From Bradymonadia bacterium (GTDB lineage Bacteria; Myxococcota_A; Bradymonadia; UBA7976; UBA1532), in NCBI GenBank assembly GCA_046290225.1, contig JBKAGE010000016.1, forward strand, positions 1-24,598: 24,598 nt of DNA, read 5' to 3'. Position numbers and translations under genes: made by a program. Every line of letters starts with the position of its first letter. Within the stretch, counting starts at the first letter, position 1. The notes under the pieces were generated by a model. It worked only from the letters and a program-made list of their open reading frames with translations, did not search any database and was not told the DNA's origin. Below are positions 10,008 to 17,371 of this stretch, piece after piece.

Positions 10008-10784
10008 ATGCTCTCATCGGAGATGTCGTCCTGGTCTCACCGGGCATTGCGCAAACACTTCCTCGACGCTCACGTCAATGACACCGAATCGGGCACCCTC
10101 GATGCCGTGGCACGCATGGTTTTGGAGATCGATCGGCCTGACCATGTGCTCCACGTCGGCCTGCGCACACTCTCTGCCCATCTCGGCGCCGGACGCGTCG
10201 ATGTAGGCTTCGGCACAGCGCAACAGCGCACCTTCTCCGCAGCGGCCGAGGTCTCTGTGAGCGACGACGTTCCGAAAATGGTGGGCCGGGCGTTGCCGAA
10301 CCGTCATGAGGTGTTGCAGCGGGTGTGGCACAGCGCTCAGCCGGTGGCCTACGACGACGTGGTGAACAACCCCATGGTGGCCTCGCTCAAAGAGGCCTTC
10401 CTCGAGTGTGCGGCCCACGCGATGCTCGCCCAGAGACTCTCGAACGATGCAGGCAGCTTTGGTGTGATCTGCATCGACGACGTCGAGTACGGCCGTGTCT
10501 GGCGAGACTGTGATCGAGCCTATGTCTATGACTTCTGCACCACCTTCTTTGCGCCGCTGATCACCATCAGCCGGCAGATCGCCGAGCCCGACGACATCGT
10601 CAAGCCATCGCCGTCAGAGCTCGACGCCATCCGCCTCGCCGCCCAGGGCCTGAGCTACAAAGCCATCGCCGCCACGCTGAACAAGTCGATCCGCACCATC
10701 GAAGCCCAGCTCCGCAGCGCCCGCCACAAAACCAACACAGGCAACCAGACCGAGCTGGTCCGCGTGTGCGAGCCCTGGCTGTAG
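10008..10784 (+). CDS. GAF-domain LuxR-family transcriptional regulator
   Basis: N-terminal GAF-like region (PVAYDDV...MLAQRL...FGVICID) and C-terminal LuxR HTH (SPSELDAIRLAAQGLSYKAIAATLNKSIRTIEAQLRSARHK). AGGAG RBS. Confidence 0.9.
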   Translation: MLSSEMSSWSHRALRKHFLDAHVNDTESGTLDAVARMVLEIDRPDHVLHVGLRTLSAHLGAGRVDVGFGTAQQRTFSAAAEVSVSDDVPKMVGRALPNRHEVLQRVWHSAQPVAYDDVVNNPMVASLKEAFLECAAHAMLAQRLSNDAGSFGVICIDDVEYGRVWRDCDRAYVYDFCTTFFAPLITISRQIAEPDDIVKPSPSELDAIRLAAQGLSYKAIAATLNKSIRTIEAQLRSARHKTNTGNQTELVRVCEPWL

Positions 10785-10788
10785 ACAC

Positions 10789-11046
10789 GTGAAATACATG
10801 GTGATCGAGACCTTCAAGGCAGGGTGCATGCCCAAGGTGTATGCGCGATATGCCGAGCGTGGGCGCATGCTCCCCGAGGGGCTGGTGTACATCGACTCCT
10901 GGCTCACAGCAGATCAGCGTCAGTGCTTTCAGCTGATGGAGACCGCAGACGCGTCCCTCTTCGAGCCATGGATCGCGCAGTGGAGTGATCTGGTGAACTT
11001 CGAGGTCATCGCCGTAGAAGCCTCACCTACAAAACGGGATCAGTGA
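10789..11046 (+). CDS. Small DUF3303-like protein
   Basis: YMVIETF...YARYAERGRMLPEGLVYIDSW...CFQLMET...WSDLVNFEVI matches my recollection of DUF3303. Starts 4 nt after the LuxR stop. Confidence 0.8.
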   Translation: MKYMVIETFKAGCMPKVYARYAERGRMLPEGLVYIDSWLTADQRQCFQLMETADASLFEPWIAQWSDLVNFEVIAVEASPTKRDQ

Positions 11047-11059
11047 GGCAGACTCACCC

Positions 11060-11545
11060 TCAAGCGGGGAGCAGCTTCTCGATCTCGGCTTTGAGCTTCG
11101 CCGGGGCGGTCTTGCTGGCGAAGCGATCGATGACGTTGCCCTCAGCATCGACGAGGAACTTGGTGAAGTTCCACTTGATGCCCTTGGAGCCCAGCACGCC
11201 CTTGGCCTCACCCTTGAGGTAGTTGTAGAGGGGGTGGGCATCCTTGCCGTTGACGTCGATCTTGGCGTGCATGGGGAAGCTCACCCCATAGTTGATCTGA
11301 CAGAACTCGCTGATCTCGTCATTGCTGCCAGGATCTTGATGGCCAAACTGGTTGCAGGGAAAGCCCAAGACCGCCAGGCCGCGCTCCCCGTACTCTTTGT
11401 GCAGCGCCTCCAGGCCCTTGAACTGAGGCGTGAAGCCACATTTGCTGGCGGTGTTGACGATGAGCATCACCTTGCCCTGGTACTCGCCGAGGCTCTTCTG
11501 CTCGCCGCTGATGGTCTCCACATCGAAGTTGTAGATCGTGCTCAT
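11060..11545 (-). CDS. Glutathione peroxidase family protein (Cys-type, BtuE/Gpx-like)
   Basis: [36 protein letters not shown] 11545 overlaps the ohrR stop (ATGA). Confidence 0.97.
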   Translation of the reverse strand: MSTIYNFDVETISGEQKSLGEYQGKVMLIVNTASKCGFTPQFKGLEALHKEYGERGLAVLGFPCNQFGHQDPGSNDEISEFCQINYGVSFPMHAKIDVNGKDAHPLYNYLKGEAKGVLGSKGIKWNFTKFLVDAEGNVIDRFASKTAPAKLKAEIEKLLPA

Positions 11546-12006
11546 GGGTTCTCCGTGTCGCCCGAGGTCTCGCCCCGGAGCATGCAGGTGAGGGTCTTGA
11601 TTTGCTCTCGCAAGCCCACCAGACCTTCGAGGTCCAGCGGATCGGTCATCTTGCACAGCACCGCGCCTTGTACTTCGCCGGCACGTGCACGCAACGCTTG
11701 CCCTTGGGTGGTCAGCCGAATCCGGATACGGCGCTCATCTTCAGGGTCTTTGACCCTGCGCAGCAGCCTCTGGGCTTCGAGGCGCCTCACGAGGGGGGTG
11801 AGGGTGCCGCTGTCGAGCATGAGCCTGCCGCCGAGATCTTTGAGGCTGATGTCATCGGCCTCCCACAACACCAGCATCACGAGGTATTGCGGATACGTGA
11901 GCCCCAACGCATCGAGGCCGGGCCGGTAGGCCTGGGTCATGGCCCTGCTCGCTGCGTACAACGCAAAACAGAGCTGCTGGTCGAGGTGGAGCGGATCACT
12001 GGCCAT
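11542..12006 (-). CDS. ohrR: OhrR-type MarR-family peroxide-sensing repressor
   Basis: [10 protein letters not shown] (sensing Cys), [29 protein letters not shown]. Alternative starts at 12027 and 12039. Confidence 0.9.
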   Translation of the reverse strand: MASDPLHLDQQLCFALYAASRAMTQAYRPGLDALGLTYPQYLVMLVLWEADDISLKDLGGRLMLDSGTLTPLVRRLEAQRLLRRVKDPEDERRIRIRLTTQGQALRARAGEVQGAVLCKMTDPLDLEGLVGLREQIKTLTCMLRGETSGDTENP

Positions 12007-12037
12007 GTCGTTATCCGTGCGCTGCATAGCCGTATTC

Positions 12038-12063
12038 ATTGTGCACAATTGAATTGTGCGCAA
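12038..12063. promoter_or_regulatory. OhrR operator
   Basis: Perfect GCACAATT-G-AATTGTGC at 12043-12059, with overlapping palindromes ATTGTGCACAAT and TTGTGCGCAA. Matches the known ACAATT-N-AATTGT OhrR box and lies directly upstream of ohrR. Confidence 0.85.
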
Positions 12064-12179
12064 CCATTTCAGTTCACCCCACGCACAAAATCCCCCGTAT
12101 TGGGCTGGCGACTCACCGAGCCATCATGGAAGAATGATGGCCGCGTACACACAGGATCTCACCGATTCAGGAGCATGTT

Positions 12180-12692
12180 GTGGGCAAACCCTTAACGCCA
12201 CCCCCACGGACACCGGCGCTGATTCGCCGCGCCGCCCTGGGCGTCGCCCTCGCAGCCAGCGCGCTGGGCTGTGATGACGACTCTGGCCTCGTAGAAGATG
12301 ATCCACTCGATGGTGGCAGCCCCGATGTGATCATCGCCCCCATGCCGCCGCCTCAGCCCGACATGAACGTCGACTCGCCGATGCCTCCGCCGGAGCCAGA
12401 CGCCATGATCGCGCCGATGCCACCCCCTCAAGATGACATGGGTATAGCTGAGCCGGACGCCATCCCCCCCATGCCAGTGCCCCAGGAAGACATGGGCCTG
12501 GCCGATATGGACATCATCGCGCCGATGCCCCCACCGGAGCCCGACATGGAGGTGGACGCCCCCATGCCGCCGCCCGATCCCGACATGGAGCTTCCCGAAG
12601 ACATGGGCCTCCCCGACGCAGAGCCCCTGCCCGACTTCGAGGTCCTGCCCCCGATGCCCCCACCGATGCCCCCGCCCCCCGAAGAGCCTTGA
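12180..12692 (+). CDS. Acidic Pro/Met/Asp-rich lipoprotein with repeated PMPPP motifs
   Basis: AGGAG at 12169-12173, then GTG. Signal IRRAALGVALAASALG-C. Seven PMPPP plus one PMPVP, separated by PDM/EDMG linkers. Confidence 0.85.
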   Translation: MGKPLTPPPRTPALIRRAALGVALAASALGCDDDSGLVEDDPLDGGSPDVIIAPMPPPQPDMNVDSPMPPPEPDAMIAPMPPPQDDMGIAEPDAIPPMPVPQEDMGLADMDIIAPMPPPEPDMEVDAPMPPPDPDMELPEDMGLPDAEPLPDFEVLPPMPPPMPPPPEEP

Positions 12693-13663
12693 TGAGCGAC
12701 TGGGTGCTCGCCCCAGAGTGGGGCCACTGGATCGACGAGAACCTCTCTCAACGTGCCGAAGCCTCCGATGTCATCGCAGGGCTGGTGCAATCCGGGGTGC
12801 CCGAGGTCCTCGCTGCTGCCGAGGTGTACCGTCGCCTCACCGCCCAGATGACTCGTCGAGCGCGCCAGGCGGAGATGATCCTCGGCCTGCAACAACGCAT
12901 GTGGCGCACAGCGCCTGGTGGTGCCATCGAGCGGCGCTCTGGCCTGAGCGCCGAGGCGTTCTTTGCCCACCACTACGCCGCCAACCGGCCGGTGATCCTC
13001 GAAGATTTCACCGAGGGCTGGCCCGCCCTGGAGCGCTGGTCACCGAGCTTCTTCAAGTCGCACTTCGGCGCAGTGGAGGTAGCGGTCACCCTCGACCGGG
13101 AGTCGGATCCGGATTACGACATGCGCCACCGGGATCACACCCGACCGATGGCCATGGCCGATTACGTCGACGCGCTGCTCGCCGCCGGCGAGAGCAACGA
13201 CCTCTACATGGTGGCGAACAACCGCAACGCTGATCGCCCTGAGCTGGCGCCAATCTTCGACGACGTACGCCTCAATCACGGCATCTTGCGCCCGGATCGC
13301 CTGAAGGGCTGTGTGGCTCTGTGGCTGGGCCCCGCAGGCACGGTGACGCCCCTGCACCACGACACCTGCAACATCATGTTCTGCCAGATTCGAGGGCGTA
13401 AGCGCTTCAAGCTCTATCCACCGAGTGAGCGCCGACTGCTCCACGGCGCCCGGAGCATGTACGGCGCCATCGACCCGGAAGCACCGGGATCGACAGATCA
13501 GCTGGTGGAGTTCGAGGTGACGGTGGGCCCAGGCGACACGCTGTTCATCCCCGTGGGCTGGTGGCACCACGTCCGGGCCCTGGACGTAAGCGTGAGCATC
13601 GCCTTCAGCAACTTCGCCCGGCCCAATCTGTTCGATGATTATCGCCCAGGTGAGGTGCGTTGA
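12692..13663 (+). CDS. JmjC / cupin-like (Cupin_8) Fe(II)-2-oxoglutarate oxygenase
   Basis: NRPVIL...WPALERWS, LWLGPAGTVTPLHHD (HxD), QIRGRKRF, PGDTLFIPVGWWHHV (distal His). ATG overlaps the upstream TGA (TGATG). Confidence 0.93.
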   Translation: MSDWVLAPEWGHWIDENLSQRAEASDVIAGLVQSGVPEVLAAAEVYRRLTAQMTRRARQAEMILGLQQRMWRTAPGGAIERRSGLSAEAFFAHHYAANRPVILEDFTEGWPALERWSPSFFKSHFGAVEVAVTLDRESDPDYDMRHRDHTRPMAMADYVDALLAAGESNDLYMVANNRNADRPELAPIFDDVRLNHGILRPDRLKGCVALWLGPAGTVTPLHHDTCNIMFCQIRGRKRFKLYPPSERRLLHGARSMYGAIDPEAPGSTDQLVEFEVTVGPGDTLFIPVGWWHHVRALDVSVSIAFSNFARPNLFDDYRPGEVR

Positions 13664-13811
13664 GACGGACTCAGCCCTTGTCTTGAGCGGGCAGCTCGGC
13701 AAGAGACTGGGCCTTGCTCATACGAAATCGGTAGATCTGCCAGTCTTGCGCCATGAACAGGTGCTCTCTCGAGAAGGTCTCCTCTGCACGTACACTGCCT
13801 GGAGCCCGTCT

Positions 13812-14345
13812 ATGCGTCTCACCCTTACCCTCGTCACTCTGCCTCTGCTCGGGGCCTGCTCTGCCCTCCCTGCTGACGGTCCGCTCGACGGATCGGCGTG
13901 CCGACACGTGAACGCCCAGCCCCTGAGCCCCGACGACAGCTGGTCGGCGATCCAACGCCGGGCCGGCTACTTCACCGAGATCCCCAAGGTGCAGCTCGGC
14001 AACACCTTCGTGCCGGTGACGGGCATCTGCGTCGACGGCCCCGACTTACGCACGATCAAGCAGGTGGAGCGCTGCACGGCCTATCGCAGCCGTGGTGACG
14101 ACGATGAGTGTGTGGCCACGGAAAACGCGCACCTGCGTACATCGATCGCCTATACCCGTGAGGTCTGCACTCGCTGGCGTGGTGGGGAAAACGACGAGTG
14201 CGCCCGCACCGAGGCCCGATCGGGCAACCACCCCACGGTGTACGAGATCCCGGTGCACGCAACTCGGAATGCTGGAGAGGGCGAAGAAGAAGCTGGTCGA
14301 CTGTGCTTCGTGAAGACACATACGCTCCCCGCTTGCGACACCTGA
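13812..14345 (+). CDS. Cys-rich hypothetical lipoprotein with an internal duplication
   Basis: GGAG at 13801, ATG 13812, lipobox LGAC. Repeats CTAYRSRGDDDECVATE and CTRWRGGENDECARTE. Confidence 0.8.
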   Translation: MRLTLTLVTLPLLGACSALPADGPLDGSACRHVNAQPLSPDDSWSAIQRRAGYFTEIPKVQLGNTFVPVTGICVDGPDLRTIKQVERCTAYRSRGDDDECVATENAHLRTSIAYTREVCTRWRGGENDECARTEARSGNHPTVYEIPVHATRNAGEGEEEAGRLCFVKTHTLPACDT

Positions 14346-14500
14346 CCCCCACAGCACTCGCCAGCCCTTCAAAGAGCCCCACTGGTGAAGCAATAGGTAG
14401 AAACATGCACAAATTGCAGGCCCCACGGCTCAGCAATTGATCCACTCCCACTCAACATCTAGATTCTTCCCCATAGATCCGGGGCATATTGGGGTGCAGA

Positions 14501-15429
14501 GTGAAGCCAAAGAAATCAGCCAGCTACCTACAATATATCGTCCTCGCACTCTCCATATTACGGGGTGCGACACCAGCCCAACTCGCCAAAGACAGCCTGA
14601 AGCTGATGATGCGGGCATCGCCGATGCGTACATAGATAAGTCGGACGCAATGTTCAGACGCTCCTCCAGTGACTTTGGTGAGTTGCAGGCCAAGGTCTAT
14701 GGTGAGCTGACACCACCCGCCGAGTGCGACCAGGCAGAGGGCATGATCGCCATCGAGAGACCAGATGGCTCATGCTTTCTGATTGACTCACGTCCAGTAT
14801 CGAGAAGTGACTATTACTCATACTGGTCTAAGGAAGATGTACAACAGGCCCTGATTGCAGAAGGGCCATGTCGTGGGCAGCCAGCAAACGGTGCACCACG
14901 AAGGGTTGAAGATGTAGGTCCAGGCCTATGTCGACTATCAGACGAATTTGGACAACCAGCAGGCATGAACTGGCCTCCTCTCGAAGAGGAGCAGATTAAA
15001 CCCATGGTCTGTGTGAACTGGTGCGACGCGTATGTCTATTGCACGTATTTTGGCAAATCACTTTGCCAAAACCATCAGTATGAGAAATTCGAGGATATAC
15101 CACTCAACACATCTGGAGCGCCTATTCCGATTGGGCTCAACAGTTCAGATGACGATTGGTATATCGCCTGTTCGAATCATGGGATGCACAGGTACTCATA
15201 CCCTTCAGATGAACGTATCAGAGAGTGTCATCAACCAAATTCCCCTTGTGAAGGACCTTTCGTCGGTAGCCTCTTCACAACAACGGAACGTGAGCACAGA
15301 GGGCCTCAACTCGCCGTTGTGGGGGCTCAAACAGGGTGCACCGTTGAATCGATCCATCGGCACACCCCTTCAAGCTCACAGACAGGTTTTAACGCCACCT
15401 ATGGGTTTCGCTGTTGCAAATATGAATGA
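14501..15429 (+). pseudogene. FGE-sulfatase/SUMF1-like (C-lectin-fold) lipoprotein, copy 1, with a 1-nt frameshift in the signal peptide
   Basis: PMVCVNWCDAY..C...GKSLC...WYIAC...YGFRCC. GTG 14501 gives MKPKKSASYLQYIVLALSIL, and TGC-DTS continues in the -1 frame from 14560. Paralog of 22264-23184. The frameshift may be a sequencing error. Confidence 0.7.
14808..15350 (+). repeat. Direct repeat of 22557-23099 (near-identical core of the two FGE-like genes)
   Basis: Ungapped alignment at offset 7749; about 24 mismatches in 543 nt by manual count. Confidence 0.95.
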
Positions 15430-15459
15430 GCATGGCTCAAGCCTCCATCGATATTGAAT

Positions 15460-16025
15460 TGACCAAGCGTCGTATTGGGCAGTGACGGAGGTGGTGGCTG
15501 GGCCTTTGTAGGCAGTCGTCGCTGCGCTCCGCCTGCGTAGGCGCCCGGCCTTCGGCACATCTTCGATGCGCCTCGTCGGTCGCGTACACGTTCAGGCACC
15601 TGCTGACGCAGGCACCTTCCCGGGTAGGCAGGGTCGCTCAATGCTGACGCATTGATTGCTCGCTCCCCTGCGTAAAGAGTTTCTTCTGTATCTTTCTGCT
15701 CATGCCCGCCGGGATTCGACCTACCGCGAACGTACAAGCTTCCGAACATCAAACGCTCGGCGTAAGCCCCAACAACATTGGAAGCACCCTGAAGCCACAC
15801 CAGAACTGACTTTTTACGCAGGGGAGCGAGCAAGAAGGGCGAAGCCCTGAGCGCCCCTGCCTACCCGGAGGCCTGCTCGCCTCAGCGAGCCCGCCGACAT
15901 GTACGCAGCTCCAAGGCGAGCCGAAGGCCGGCCGACAAAGCTGCCTACGCAGGCGAAGCGAAGCGACGACTGCCTACAAAGGCCCAGCCACCACCTCCGT
16001 CACTGCCCAATATGATGTTCGGTCA
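15460..16025. repeat. Nested inverted-repeat element 2 (REPIN/MITE-like branched hairpin)
   Basis: Perfect 51-bp arms 15473-15523/15962-16012. Inner pairs 15530-15542/15943-15955, 15545-15556/15920-15931, 15620-15633/15855-15868 and 15656-15676/15813-15833. Confidence 0.92.
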
Positions 16026-16115
16026 GCGCTCTATTGCCTGTGAGAGCACCCACCAGCCCAATCGCGAGCCCTTCCCTCTTGCGACCCGTACCGACTCCAG
16101 GCATCACCCTCCGGT

Positions 16116-17360
16116 ATGGACACTTCTTCTCAACGGCCGCCCGGCTACACCCCTTTCGACCCGCGCCTGGAGGCGCAGCGGCGCTTCTTCCAGCAAATGC
16201 GCGACGCTCGGCCCAGAGCCACATGGCTGCTGGCGGCGCTCGTCGTGCTGGTGACAGGGGCCTCGATGCTCTGGGGCGGCTTCGACGAGCGCTCCGCCCG
16301 CTTCAACCTCGTGCTGGAGTTGATGGGCTCAGTGCGAAAAGACGCCATCCTCGAGGGTGAGTATTGGCGGCTACTCTCGGGCACTCTGCTCCACGGTGGG
16401 GTGGTACACGTGCTCATGAACCTCTATGGGCTCGTGATGCTGGGTAAGTTCGTCGAGCCCATCCTCGGCCGCGGCCGCATGCTGATGCTGTACGTGCTCT
16501 CTGCCCTCGTGGGCGCCCTGGGATCTGCGTTCCTGGGCGAAGGCGCCAGCGTCGGCGCCTCTGGGGCGATCTGGGGCTTCATGGGGGCCATCGGTGGGCT
16601 CGTGGTGAGACCTGGGGGCCTGATCCCTGGGGGCATCGCCAAAGCCATCGGACGTCGGCTGATGCCTCTGCTCATCCTCAACGTAGCCATCTCGTTCCTG
16701 CCCCGGGTCGACTTCTATGCGCACTTCCTCGGTGGCGCCGCTGGCTTCGCCCTCACCTTCACCGGGTTGCTCCGCCCTCGACCGGGCGAGCCTCCGGACT
16801 CCCTCGCCTCCTGGGGGCTCGGTGCCCTGGCGCTGCTGACGCTTGCGGGCTCTGGGGCGATGGCCACGGTTCAGGGCGAGCCCTGGCAGCTCGGTCAGCC
16901 TGTCTTCGTGAAGGAGACCCGTATCGCCGACACCGGGCTCACGCTTCCCCTGCCCGGCGACCTGCCTGCCCCACAGCGTGAGGGCACTGACAGCGCGCTC
17001 ACGCTGAAGTTCGGCGAGCTTCAATCAACACCTGATCGCACGCACGCGGTGACCGTGGGCGTAGACACACTCACCGCTCACCCTGCCCAGCGTCGGCAGA
17101 TCTTCGAGCGGGACATTCAGCACCTTGAGCAGACCCTCAAGCAGCGCAGCCGCCTGCTAGGTGTTCCGCGGCGCGACGACGGCACGGGGGCGCCCTTCTG
17201 GACCGTGGAGCGCGATCTGGGCGGCGCAAAGAGCCAGATGTTCGTCAGCTTGCTCGAGGATCGAATCGTCGTGGTAGAAGTAGTCTGGCTCAACGACTTT
17301 CGGGCAGCGGTGGTGCCCACGCTCTCCGCGCTCACCGATCGCCTGGCACCCCATAGGTGA
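16116..17360 (+). CDS. Rhomboid-family intramembrane serine protease with a C-terminal soluble domain
   Basis: EYWRLL...LHGGVVHVLMN, catalytic GASG, and AHFLG (His). Confidence 0.93.
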   Translation: MDTSSQRPPGYTPFDPRLEAQRRFFQQMRDARPRATWLLAALVVLVTGASMLWGGFDERSARFNLVLELMGSVRKDAILEGEYWRLLSGTLLHGGVVHVLMNLYGLVMLGKFVEPILGRGRMLMLYVLSALVGALGSAFLGEGASVGASGAIWGFMGAIGGLVVRPGGLIPGGIAKAIGRRLMPLLILNVAISFLPRVDFYAHFLGGAAGFALTFTGLLRPRPGEPPDSLASWGLGALALLTLAGSGAMATVQGEPWQLGQPVFVKETRIADTGLTLPLPGDLPAPQREGTDSALTLKFGELQSTPDRTHAVTVGVDTLTAHPAQRRQIFERDIQHLEQTLKQRSRLLGVPRRDDGTGAPFWTVERDLGGAKSQMFVSLLEDRIVVVEVVWLNDFRAAVVPTLSALTDRLAPHR

Positions 17361-17371
17361 GGATTGACCGC

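Noticed and set aside
15399..15850. Mirror ORFs starting MLAPLRK on both strands
   Set aside because: By-product of the inverted repeat; no RBS or recognisable protein features.
15460..16025. Retron msr-msd, group II intron or hammerhead ribozyme
   Set aside because: No RT gene adjacent, and I found no domain V or CUGAUGA/GAAA core.
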